64,000 nucleotides of DNA, taken from positions 1 through 64,000 of IMG/VR virus record IMGVR_UViG_3300025150_000002. One strand, written 5' to 3'. A model generated the notes under the pieces. The model saw only the letters and a program-made list of their open reading frames with translations, searched no databases and was not told the origin of the DNA. The DNA is from a virus (lineage: Duplodnaviria > Caudoviricetes). The position numbers were made by a program, and so were the translations under genes. How positions within the stretch are numbered: the first letter of the stretch is position 1; every line of letters begins with the position of its first letter. This document shows, piece after piece, positions 37,143 to 46,271 of this stretch.

Positions 37143-37505
37143 CTAGTCACCGGCGATGATGGCTTCCAGCTCCGTGCTATTGGCGCCCGAAGTGACGAAT
37201 AGGGCAGTGATGCCGTTCTCCGACATGAGAATACCGTCGCCGGGCCCGAACGAGAACGCGGGCGCCACTACGCTGTTGAACTTGAGGCTAACCGGGAAGT
37301 TGGTCCGCAGGAACACGCGCTTGGCCAGCGAGACGCCGCCAAAACTCACCTCCTGGTCCACCGTGCTTCCGGCCACCACCATCGGGAAGTGCTGAGTCAC
37401 CTCCGACACGAGTAGTGTGTCAGCGATCACCTTCTGGGCTTCGATGGTGCCCGCAGCGTTGTAGATCTGAAACGTCCCGTTGATCTTGACTGTCTTTGAA
37501 GCCAT
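37143..37505 (-). CDS. Hypothetical beta-sandwich-like virion protein
   Basis: GAGGTG RBS before MASKTVKING at 37505. Confidence 0.6.
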   Translation of the reverse strand: MASKTVKINGTFQIYNAAGTIEAQKVIADTLLVSEVTQHFPMVVAGSTVDQEVSFGGVSLAKRVFLRTNFPVSLKFNSVVAPAFSFGPGDGILMSENGITALFVTSGANSTELEAIIAGD

Positions 37506-37562
37506 GGTCCGCACCTCGTGCTGGCATTCTACACCTTCGCATCAGTCATGCGAAGGTAGATG

Positions 37563-38534
37563 CTACTTCGACTTAGACTCGGTCCCCTTCGACCGCTTTA
37601 TCTTCGCCTTCGTTTCCTCATTGGACTTAGGGGTCGACACGCGCCCCTCGTAGATGGAATCGAGCTCCCCGGGTGTCTGTGGGGGGATGATCGCCTTGAT
37701 CTTGTCGGCCACGGCCTGGGCCGCAGGACCGAGCAGCACCGGCACCGGTAACTGCTCGTCGCCCTCGACCGCCAGATCGGCCACTTTGGCCGGCTGCTCG
37801 GGGATCTTGAGATCCGCCTTCACCCGGTTAGTGAACTCCTCTACCTCGTCCACTGCCTTGAAGTCAGAGCCAGGCAGCACGTCGATGCGAACTGTATTGT
37901 TCGTGATGGTGTAGATCTTCCGCGTCTGGTTGCGGCCTGCGAGCTCACTCGTGAACGTGAGCTCGGCGAGGCCGATAAGTCCCTCCTTGAGAGCCTCTTC
38001 GGTGGGACGCCAAGCGTTGACGCTGTCAGGGAGCGAACCCTGATGGCCTAGATTGGCTTCGAGGTAGAGTGTTCCGCCCTTCTTCATGGATCCGACTACG
38101 TTCGAGATCAGACCCTTGGGGTGAGGAACCTCGTCGAGCCCCTCTGCCCAAAACACAATGTCGAACGACTCGACCGGCTTGTCGTCGCCCATACGAAGGC
38201 TGAAGGTCGCTCCGATCACGTCATCTGCGAGCTCAGACACGACAGGAAGAGCTCGGTGGTAGATCGACCGTGGCTCAAGCGCAACCACTGTCGATGCGCC
38301 AGCCCGCAGCGCGGCAACAGCAAGCCCGCCATTGCCAGGGCAGACGACCAGGACGTTCTTGCCGGCCACATCGGCCCCAAGGCGGGTCATGTAGCTCACA
38401 GGGTCGAACTTACCGGGTAAAGAGACGTCTTCGCCGAAGTTGATGCTGAACGAAAATGCATCGCCAGGGGTGAAGGACGATGACGCCTTGAAGGTCCGAA
38501 TCCGAAGATCCATGTCGGTGTCAGTAGTGGTCAT
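37563..38534 (-). CDS. Class I SAM-dependent methyltransferase-like protein
   Basis: GKNVLVVCPGNGGLAVAALRAGASTVVALEP (motif I variant), SFDIVF, MKKGGTLYLE. Confidence 0.7.
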   Translation of the reverse strand: MTTTDTDMDLRIRTFKASSSFTPGDAFSFSINFGEDVSLPGKFDPVSYMTRLGADVAGKNVLVVCPGNGGLAVAALRAGASTVVALEPRSIYHRALPVVSELADDVIGATFSLRMGDDKPVESFDIVFWAEGLDEVPHPKGLISNVVGSMKKGGTLYLEANLGHQGSLPDSVNAWRPTEEALKEGLIGLAELTFTSELAGRNQTRKIYTITNNTVRIDVLPGSDFKAVDEVEEFTNRVKADLKIPEQPAKVADLAVEGDEQLPVPVLLGPAAQAVADKIKAIIPPQTPGELDSIYEGRVSTPKSNEETKAKIKRSKGTESKSK

Positions 38535-38542
38535 CAATTACC

Positions 38543-38788
38543 TCAGCTTTCGCTGGTTGTCGGGTTATCAGGAGTGCGAGTACGGAGTGGGCTACGAGTC
38601 GGCCCCTCCAGCTTAATGAGGCTACAAAGCCTCTCGAAGTCTGCTTCGTGGATCTCGAAGGTCATGAACGGCCGCTTGCAGCTCTTGCAAGTGCGACGTC
38701 GCTGCTTGCACACATCAACCGGTTTGGTCTCCGGGATGGTGGTCTTCAAGACGTACGTCTTGTCGTTTTCGCAGCGAGGACATTTCAT
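38543..38788 (-). CDS. NrdR-like Zn-ribbon protein lacking the ATP-cone
   Basis: MKCPRCENDKTYVLKT...RRRTCKSCKRPFMTFE parallels the NrdR N-terminal CPxC...RRRRECxxCxxRFTTYE; only 81 aa. Confidence 0.7.
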   Translation of the reverse strand: MKCPRCENDKTYVLKTTIPETKPVDVCKQRRRTCKSCKRPFMTFEIHEADFERLCSLIKLEGPTRSPLRTRTPDNPTTSES

Positions 38789-39120
38789 CGAACGCGGAAC
38801 CGTGTGCCAAAACTCTTGCGAGGTGCTCCGGCGACCAGTTTGCGGGCCGCGTAACGCGACCGCTGCTTGCGCTCTCGCTTGGCCCGAAACACGTCGCGCT
38901 CTGGCTTATCAATCCGCTCCATTGTCTTGCGCATGTTGTTCGTGATGCGGTCCACCTTGTGTGGCTCCATGAGTCCGCCCACTCCGGACTTGGCCTTAGG
39001 AAGTGGCTTCACACGAGACTTGAACAGTGATGATTCCTCCAAAAAAGAATCAGCTTCCTGCACGAGGTCGGCAATACCGTGCAAGAGGTCACTTACGCGT
39101 TGGTCACGTGGAAGGCGCAT
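38785..39120 (-). CDS. Hypothetical basic protein
   Basis: ATGA overlap with the downstream gene; follows terminase. Confidence 0.55.
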   Translation of the reverse strand: MRLPRDQRVSDLLHGIADLVQEADSFLEESSLFKSRVKPLPKAKSGVGGLMEPHKVDRITNNMRKTMERIDKPERDVFRAKRERKQRSRYAARKLVAGAPRKSFGTRFRVR

Positions 39121-39163
39121 CGAAATATCTTACACCTAACTGATGGGATAGGTCCAGCTACCG

Positions 39164-40816
39164 CTAGATGATGTATGTGGGAAACCCACTCCAATCGTCT
39201 CCGCCTTCCATCGGCAGGGGCGGCTCATCGGGCCATCTGAAGTTGCCATCAGCGGTCATTATGGCCTCTCCAGGAACCCCGGCGGCCTCGACGGCCACAC
39301 CCAACGAAATACCGCCTATTCCAATGTGCTGCCAGTTTGTGGCGAGGTAGTGGACAACGGCCGCGAAGGCGTCAGCTAGATCCTTCGACCCGGTCTTCGG
39401 GTGGTCAACCTTCGTTCCCTGATCGTTCAGCTCAAGCTCGCGAAGCTCCTTCGCGAGCATGGGGTAAACAGGCGTCTCGATCCGTCGCTCATACATCGCA
39501 CCCTGGGCCGCGAGGTACGGATCAAGCGTGCGTTGAGTCGAGATCTCCTCTGTCTTGAACCCGTGTCTGGCAATCAGCTGCAGGTTTGGGAGGCCCATCC
39601 AATGGTCCGCTGAGACGGACCGAATCGGAAGCCCTCCCTCGCGCAACTTATAGATGAGTCCTCGAACCAGTTCGTGCTCAATCTCGCCTGCATGAGGAGG
39701 GACAATGCGAAGACACATGTCGATGTGAATGATCGGGGCGTCCTCTTTGACCCGTTCACGAGTGACCGGGTCGAGACGGTCTACCTCTGTTTCTCCCGCT
39801 ACGTGGCCAACGCAGATGCCAGTGGCGTCTTTGTTTTTGGAGAGGTCCATGTGGCAGTGGCGGTGAGCATTAGGACAGCATCTCGGAACCGGATCACCAT
39901 GAACATTCGTCATGGTCATGTTGCCCCAGATGGGATTGATCTCCCGACTGGTGGTCCACTCGTAGACATGGAACGGGTGCGGCCGCTCCGGCTTCTGCAT
40001 GTCCTGGATGGCTTCTCGGTTCGAGAAGAACGGTCGGAACGACTCAAGCGCGATACCGGCGATATCGCGGGCCGCACCCGCCGGATCGTTCATGAACTCC
40101 TTGTAGTACTCGTCTGGGAACTTGAACCAGATCTCATCTTCTTCAGGCTGCTCTTCGTCCTTGAGAACCCGAACTCGACCGTGGTTTTGGTGTACAGCGG
40201 CACGCCACCATTTCTGACCAGCGAACGCGCCGGGCCGAACATCCCATGTCGCGTAGTCGCGACAGAAGACGTTGTTGTCCTCATCGGTAATGGCCTCGCG
40301 GAGTCGTCGCTCGGTAAAGTCGTGTATCGACTTTTTCGACGAGATCATGATCAGCCGACCGCGAAGACCCTTCGCCGCATAGGTGCCTCGAATACGACGG
40401 CGAAGCGAGTCGTAGATGCCCTCGGACTTATCATCCTTTCCACCACCCGCCGATACGTGGTTCCGTTGCTGCTTCGCGAAGAAGTTACCCTCGTCCATCA
40501 GCGCGGCCCAGACGTTGAGACCGAGAGCGGCGCCTTCACTCGAACCACCGGCGATGATGACGATGTCCTTTCCAGGAAACCGTATCTCCTCCTTGGTGTA
40601 ATCGTATCGTCCCTTCCAGAATGGGGCCAGCGTCATCTTCGCGACGATGCCCTTGAAGACGACTCGCTGAGCTGCCTCTTTGGTGTGCGAGATTGGGACG
40701 ATGTGAATAGTCTCGCCGCGTCCCAGGCCCAGGGTGTCAGTGGGGCGCTTAAGGCAATAGAGCTCGTATATGATTCGCAGCAGCGCTGTGGTGGAGAAGT
40801 AGTCCTTTCCATTCAA
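39164..40816 (-). CDS. terL: Terminase large subunit, main body (Walker A Lys onward, Walker B, nuclease)
   Basis: GKDYFST, LGLNVWAALMDEG (Walker B), MISSK, CHMDLSKNKDATGI and DHPKTGSKDLADA nuclease motifs. Begins out of frame with the N-terminal part. Confidence 0.88.
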   Translation of the reverse strand: MNGKDYFSTTALLRIIYELYCLKRPTDTLGLGRGETIHIVPISHTKEAAQRVVFKGIVAKMTLAPFWKGRYDYTKEEIRFPGKDIVIIAGGSSEGAALGLNVWAALMDEGNFFAKQQRNHVSAGGGKDDKSEGIYDSLRRRIRGTYAAKGLRGRLIMISSKKSIHDFTERRLREAITDEDNNVFCRDYATWDVRPGAFAGQKWWRAAVHQNHGRVRVLKDEEQPEEDEIWFKFPDEYYKEFMNDPAGAARDIAGIALESFRPFFSNREAIQDMQKPERPHPFHVYEWTTSREINPIWGNMTMTNVHGDPVPRCCPNAHRHCHMDLSKNKDATGICVGHVAGETEVDRLDPVTRERVKEDAPIIHIDMCLRIVPPHAGEIEHELVRGLIYKLREGGLPIRSVSADHWMGLPNLQLIARHGFKTEEISTQRTLDPYLAAQGAMYERRIETPVYPMLAKELRELELNDQGTKVDHPKTGSKDLADAFAAVVHYLATNWQHIGIGGISLGVAVEAAGVPGEAIMTADGNFRWPDEPPLPMEGGDDWSGFPTYII

Positions 40817-42429
40817 CCCCAGCGGGTGCTGTTATGAACGGAGATCCCATTGGCCGTGAATCGCGTCGGCCCAGGGACACCGATATCAGCAACACCCACT
40901 GGGTGGTTTGCCTCCTTCAGAGTCTTGATTTTTTCGTAAGCAACTGTGCTCGGGTAAGCCTCGGCAAGCGTCGTTACGCCCGCAACGTCACTAAAGTCCT
41001 CGCAGAACTCCTTGAACATTGATCGAGAAAACTGGACTGAGGAGCGCCCCAATCGATTCCATCCAAGCGGTGAGACCCCGCGACTTCTTCGCGATACTGC
41101 TTGCTGCTGCAACAGATGGGCGGCATCACCATAGGTAAAGGGGACGACATCTACATTGGTATTGGCGCGTGTACTGGAGACATAGTTTGCAATTTTCTCT
41201 GTTTCTTTCTCCTTCGCGAATACCTGACCAATGTGCTCCATGAACAGCCTGAGATTGTCAACACCTGTAACCTGAAGGCAGTAGCCGGTGGTTTCTTTAC
41301 CGTTCCTACTGGCCGTGTATTCGCGCGTTCGACTCTGGATGCTCCACCGAAGAAGAAGCAGCTGGACTTGCTGAATGAACCTCTCAGATGTCATTGCAAG
41401 CTGGAATCGGGGCGGCGATCCATCTCTATAGGCAACCGTACCCTCGGCGGCCCACACACGGTTGAGGAACAGAGCTACTTGATTCAGTGGTGCTCTACAT
41501 ACAGCATCTGGAACTTCCGCATCAGAGCAACCCATCCTGAAGATGCCCATCTGCTTGAGCCAGTCGCGGAAACCGCTGGTGATATAACGGCTTACATTAA
41601 CCTCCCAGGCGTTTCCCTTCGCATACGGCTCTGGCTTGGTAGCGTTGAACCCGAGAGCTTCGAGAGCCTCGATGAACTCCTGACCAGTTTTCTTACGACC
41701 ATCGCAGTAGCGAGCGCGAGTATCGGAAGATGAACCGTCAGTGACCATGTAGGCCAGGAGCTTCACCTCTTCGTCCCGAAGAGAGAAGTTCGACGGACGG
41801 TAGGTGATTTGTCTAGGCCGCAAAACGTAGTCCGACTCGACATCAAGCTGATCCGCTCTTACCCACCCACGCTGCGTGAGCACTCGGTGATCGGGGGTCA
41901 GCTTCACTCGCATCCCATTACGGAGTGTGAGCTCTAGCACCTTCATCACGCCCGAGTCGGTGCCCACAGTCGTGTCGTGGTGCCCGACTCCATCAGTCTC
42001 GTGGACGGTGAGGACACGTGTTTTCCGACCGATCAGGTCTCCAAGGATGGGCATGGAGCCGTCGGAGCACTGGACAAGGGCCTGCTTGTCGATGCAACCT
42101 GTGAGGATGCACTCAGCGTAGTCGCCCTCGAAGAACTCAATCATGTCCTCCTTGAGCTTTGGCCACAGTGTACGCGCCGTCTCCCCCAGGTAGTATTCGT
42201 CGTTGACCCACTGCGTTATAGGCACTGGCGGCCCAGTGTCTGGGTCCCATTCCATTCGTTCAGCTGCGTCGACGAGTTCCTGCTGCTGCTTTGAGGCTAG
42301 CTCCTGCACCAGCAGGTCTAGGGCTGCTTTCTCCTCCGCAGTCAGTCCTTTGATCTCTTCTTCGATGAGCTTTCGCGCCTCATCTACTGGACGATGGCTG
42401 CGGAAACGACCATTCGAGTAGACGATCAT
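40813..42429 (-). CDS. terL: Terminase large subunit, N-terminal part with intein; stops inside Walker A
   Basis: PVPITQWVNDEYYLG...LWPKL...ECILTG|intein|STRWG*. Joining to the next ORF restores GSTRWGKD. Confidence 0.85.
   Translation of the reverse strand: MIVYSNGRFRSHRPVDEARKLIEEEIKGLTAEEKAALDLLVQELASKQQQELVDAAERMEWDPDTGPPVPITQWVNDEYYLGETARTLWPKLKEDMIEFFEGDYAECILTGCIDKQALVQCSDGSMPILGDLIGRKTRVLTVHETDGVGHHDTTVGTDSGVMKVLELTLRNGMRVKLTPDHRVLTQRGWVRADQLDVESDYVLRPRQITYRPSNFSLRDEEVKLLAYMVTDGSSSDTRARYCDGRKKTGQEFIEALEALGFNATKPEPYAKGNAWEVNVSRYITSGFRDWLKQMGIFRMGCSDAEVPDAVCRAPLNQVALFLNRVWAAEGTVAYRDGSPPRFQLAMTSERFIQQVQLLLLRWSIQSRTREYTASRNGKETTGYCLQVTGVDNLRLFMEHIGQVFAKEKETEKIANYVSSTRANTNVDVVPFTYGDAAHLLQQQAVSRRSRGVSPLGWNRLGRSSVQFSRSMFKEFCEDFSDVAGVTTLAEAYPSTVAYEKIKTLKEANHPVGVADIGVPGPTRFTANGISVHNSTRWG
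40831..42096 (-). mobile_element. LAGLIDADG intein in TerL (422 aa)
   Basis: ILTG|CIDKQALV...LTPDHRVLTQRGW...YMVTDG...VADIGVPGPTRFTANGISVHN|S. Confidence 0.92.
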
Positions 42430-44427
42430 CTACTCACCATCCGTTAGCCGCTTCGGATCGTTGTCGACAACCGCGCCATTTACATCGATGGTGTTGGCAT
42501 CTTCAGTAGCCGCCCTGAGGATCTTCTCGGCAAGCCCGAGCAGTCGGTGGCGGGAGTTGGGGTTGTCAAGCGCGGTGAGCGGGTGGTCCTGACCAAACCG
42601 GTCCGCGAAGGTCGGCTGCTTGTCGATCCTGGCCCGGATCTCAATGCCAGCCTTGGGTAGGTAACCGGTCTCCTGGAGAATTCGGGTCTTGGTGCTCAGG
42701 GTCTTGGTAGCTATGTCCAGAAACTTGGCCTTTTCGCTGTTGTGTACGACTATGCCATCTGCGACAAAGTTGTGCTCCTTGTGCCCTACTTCGATGTCGT
42801 AAACAACTGCTTCCCCGCACGCTTCGATAGAGATCACCGACTCGGCGTGGAACGGCCGCTGTAGCTTCCTACGTGTGAAGTTAAGCGAGTGACTTGTCCC
42901 GCTCTTGATGAAACTACCATCCTTCAGGATGTGGTCGTCGGTCCTAGTCCGAGAGAGAATTCGACCGGATGCGTAGCCCAGACCATCGACTAGGCACTTC
43001 AAGTCCCGCACGAGCGCGTAGTTACAGAGCTCGACCGACACCTTCATCGAGTGGTGCGGCTTTGGTCTACAGCGGTGCCCGTCCCCATCCATGAATCCTA
43101 CGAGGAATGCCTCCCGATAGTCCTCAGACAGGCCGAAAACCCAGCCAGGAATGCGCTTGACGTGGGCTCCGTCAATCCAGCCGAGCCGGTCAAATACCCG
43201 TGCGAGCGCGACGGACGTCGAGTAGATGTTCTGACACCCTTGGTCTGTTGGGCGAATGTAGGCACGAGGATTAAACTGGCGCATCAGCTTGAGATAGACA
43301 TCGGCCAGATGACGGTCCTTACCGGGGTTTGCCACCAGCGTCGCCGTTCGCGAAGCGCGGTTGATCCAACCATCTGCAAGCCAGAACCCGAACAATCGAC
43401 AGAAATCGGGTGTTACCCGAGTTGGCAGGGTCAGATCGCTACAACCAGTGGCGCCGTGGCCGCCTGTCAACTCCCAGTGCGGTTTGTCCAAAACAAGGCC
43501 TACTCGGTCGAACATGTCAACCATCACGTGCAGCCGCACTCCATGCTTCCCTTCACGGATGTGGCTCCACTGGATCTTTAGCCCGTGGTCCTCCAGAAAC
43601 CGAGTTCTGAAGCCGTGCTTCTTCCACGTAATAGAGGCTGAATCCAACGTATCTTTGCCAAGAGTCGTCAGCCGCACGAAACTATCGTCTGAGAATCGCG
43701 GAGCGAGGGCGCGCAAAATGGGAGGAGCTGCGACAAACGCAGGCTCCGTCGCGATGACTATCTTGTCACCGACAACCCTAGGTGACACACTTCGGTTGCT
43801 CGTCGTGAGCTGGTCAAGGGCGGTCCACCGCAGACTACCCTTGGTGCTGCAGATAAATGGGTGATTCCCTGTGGCTACGATTTCGCGGTGCCGGGTTCTT
43901 AGCCTGTACACAGGCTGCTTGCCCTTCGGAATAAGCGCCACAACAGGGGCCATAACCGCCCCTCCCTCATCATGCACCATGACCAAATCACCGGCTTTGA
44001 TGTCCTGAATCTGCACCATACCTCGATTAGTCCAGATCCTGGTTTCGCCGAGTAGGCATCCGCTCTTGGCCATCGAATACTCTTGGAAGGCGGCAGCCGT
44101 AAGAGCGTCCAGCTTCTGCACGGTCATCCCGAGCTCGATATTGGCGTAATCGGGGTTGTCCTTGATGCGCCCAACTCGTTCTGCGACCTGCTCTCGCCAG
44201 TACTTGACATCCAGTGCTACCGTAGACCGGGCCACACCCAATAGGCCAGCCATCTCAGTCTGAGGAACCTCCTGACACATCATCTCCCAGATGTCTTGTC
44301 GACGACGCTCAATCGCCTGAGCGGTGTGCTTCTTCCGCTTGCTTTCCAACTGATCGAACTTCTTGCGAAATTCGTCGATTGATGCCTGAGCAGCCGAAGC
44401 CTTCTTGCTCAGCCTCTTCTTGGCCAT
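42430..44427 (-). CDS. Probable terminase small subunit (N-terminal HTH) with intein
   Basis: HTH QTEMAGLLGVARSTVALDVK; immediately upstream of TerL; about 225 aa after splicing. Confidence 0.7.
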   Translation of the reverse strand: MAKKRLSKKASAAQASIDEFRKKFDQLESKRKKHTAQAIERRRQDIWEMMCQEVPQTEMAGLLGVARSTVALDVKYWREQVAERVGRIKDNPDYANIELGMTVQKLDALTAAAFQEYSMAKSGCLLGETRIWTNRGMVQIQDIKAGDLVMVHDEGGAVMAPVVALIPKGKQPVYRLRTRHREIVATGNHPFICSTKGSLRWTALDQLTTSNRSVSPRVVGDKIVIATEPAFVAAPPILRALAPRFSDDSFVRLTTLGKDTLDSASITWKKHGFRTRFLEDHGLKIQWSHIREGKHGVRLHVMVDMFDRVGLVLDKPHWELTGGHGATGCSDLTLPTRVTPDFCRLFGFWLADGWINRASRTATLVANPGKDRHLADVYLKLMRQFNPRAYIRPTDQGCQNIYSTSVALARVFDRLGWIDGAHVKRIPGWVFGLSEDYREAFLVGFMDGDGHRCRPKPHHSMKVSVELCNYALVRDLKCLVDGLGYASGRILSRTRTDDHILKDGSFIKSGTSHSLNFTRRKLQRPFHAESVISIEACGEAVVYDIEVGHKEHNFVADGIVVHNSEKAKFLDIATKTLSTKTRILQETGYLPKAGIEIRARIDKQPTFADRFGQDHPLTALDNPNSRHRLLGLAEKILRAATEDANTIDVNGAVVDNDPKRLTDGE
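42739..44058 (-). mobile_element. LAGLIDADG intein in the TerS-like protein (440 aa)
   Basis: MAKSG|CLLGETRIWTNRG...ATGNHPF...FWLADG...FLVGFMDGDG...VYDIEVGHKEHNFVADGIVVHN|SEK. Confidence 0.92.
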
Positions 44428-44571
44428 GGTCTCCCTCGGATGTCCGCCGTACCACTATAGCAACAGTTCGGCCCGTACAGACCTAACATAAGCTACATTA
44501 CCTTGTTGTGTATCCGTGAATGATGCTATCCTCTCAGTGTCTGAACCTCCATCAGTAGATTTCGTGGAGAC

Positions 44572-46266
44572 GTGGTAATGGGTAACTCGCCTCAGATAGA
44601 TCGCGTCGCGCGGATTCGCAGCGTCCTTGCGAGCGCAGGAGCCGCCATCAACGAAACGCCGTCACTTGTGGAAGATGGCGCTCACGCGGTCCCCCTTGGA
44701 CTACGACGAAGCATCTCGCGAACTGCGATTCGCATGATCGACGAGGCCGAGCTTAGGAAGCGCAGTCGCATCGATCAGCTTCTCGCCATCGCTGAGTCCG
44801 TGCTCTCTGAGGCACGTAAGCCGATGAGCACGGATGAGTTCGAGGCCGCCAGAGCCAAGCGCTTCGCTGCCCGTGAGGCAGCAAACAGGAAGAAGAAGAT
44901 CAAGGCCCGAATGGGCGCCATTGAGAAGGCCGAGGAGGGCGGCAAGAAGCTAAACCCTAAGGATATTCGGGCGCGACTAGTCGACCCCGACCTTCGCAAG
45001 AAGAAGAAGAAGAAGGCGATGCCGAAGGCGTCGGGGAAGCAAGCCCCGCCCACAGACCCGCCTCCTCCCCCGCCTCCCCCGGCAGCTGGCGCAGCAGCCG
45101 CGTCCGCAGGCTCGGTTCATGGCAAGATCGCTGCGCTAGAAAAGTCACACAACGAGCTCAGAGCCATCGTCCACGATGCAGCTGACCGTGGTGGCGGCGC
45201 CGGCAATGCGCTTCGTCAGGCACGCGAGCGTCTACGGCAGGTTGGCGCCAAGGCCGATAGAGGACAGATCCACGCTCCTCCAGGACAATCGGTCGGTCGT
45301 CGCCGCCAGATGCCAATGCCGCCTGATGAGATGCCCGGCAAGTTCGCCCGCGCTCAGGATAAGAAGTCCAAGGACTTGGACTGGTTGGAGAAGGAGCGCC
45401 AGCGCCGTACGGGCGTCACGAAGTCAGCCGGCAAGCTGGCCCGTATGCAGCATCGGCACGAGCTGCTGCGCAGTCGCGACCACGATCAGGCCAAAGGCTA
45501 CGACCAGTCACCTCCCCGAACTACCGGTAAGAAGGACCATCACGTCGCCTCGGACGGCAGTGAGGTTCACTCGTCGGGCAAGAAGGACAATAAGAAGTTC
45601 GCCAACGCGACTACGTTCCGCGACTCCGATGACGACGCGATGCTTCACACCGACAAGTCGACGGAAGGGTCCCGCGCGTCGGCAGACTCGGACGAGTTCG
45701 TCTTCAAGGGTGACACCAAGAAGGACCCTCGTCAGAAGTGGTATCGCGTTTCGAAGGAGGGTGGCTACGCCTCGGCCATGGCTTCGCTGGGTAAGGCCTA
45801 CCACAAGTCTCCTGACATGAGGTCCAAGGTCGCGGCTAAGGTCAAGTCCACCGGCTTCACCGACGCCTCTGGGCACCAGATCGACGTCAAGCCCACGGGC
45901 GCCCTACACAACGAGCGCGGCGCCTGCGTTCACAAGGATACGGGCCGCCTGACCTCTGTCGGGAAAGCGCTGAAGAAGCACCGTCCTGACGAGTTCTACC
46001 GCCTGTGCAAGGGCCCGCACGGCGGCAGTGGTACAGCGGCAGGTCGTAGCGAGTACGAGCGTGGTTTCGACCCGCGTCACGACGATGCTCACAAGGTCCG
46101 CAAGCTCCACAAGGCGGCGGAGGCCGGTAAGGCCGACAAGCCTGAGAAGAACATCGCGCAGCACATGGCCGCTCGTCCAGGCCGCCGAGCCGATATCCAC
46201 GGCGCGGTCAGGAGCATCGGGCGCAAGGCTGTCCGCACCAAGTGGAAGATGCGGAACAAGGGCTAG
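44572..46266 (+). CDS. Basic K/R-rich hypothetical protein, candidate internal head protein
   Basis: 564 aa; GGAG RBS; poly-K and poly-P tracts; N-terminal I/L-x-E sites. Confidence 0.65.
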   Translation: MVMGNSPQIDRVARIRSVLASAGAAINETPSLVEDGAHAVPLGLRRSISRTAIRMIDEAELRKRSRIDQLLAIAESVLSEARKPMSTDEFEAARAKRFAAREAANRKKKIKARMGAIEKAEEGGKKLNPKDIRARLVDPDLRKKKKKKAMPKASGKQAPPTDPPPPPPPPAAGAAAASAGSVHGKIAALEKSHNELRAIVHDAADRGGGAGNALRQARERLRQVGAKADRGQIHAPPGQSVGRRRQMPMPPDEMPGKFARAQDKKSKDLDWLEKERQRRTGVTKSAGKLARMQHRHELLRSRDHDQAKGYDQSPPRTTGKKDHHVASDGSEVHSSGKKDNKKFANATTFRDSDDDAMLHTDKSTEGSRASADSDEFVFKGDTKKDPRQKWYRVSKEGGYASAMASLGKAYHKSPDMRSKVAAKVKSTGFTDASGHQIDVKPTGALHNERGACVHKDTGRLTSVGKALKKHRPDEFYRLCKGPHGGSGTAAGRSEYERGFDPRHDDAHKVRKLHKAAEAGKADKPEKNIAQHMAARPGRRADIHGAVRSIGRKAVRTKWKMRNKG

Positions 46267-46271
46267 TAGCA

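Noticed and set aside
40808-40818. Group I/II intron as the explanation for the TerL split
   Set aside because: Only 8 nt are extra, far too short for a self-splicing core.
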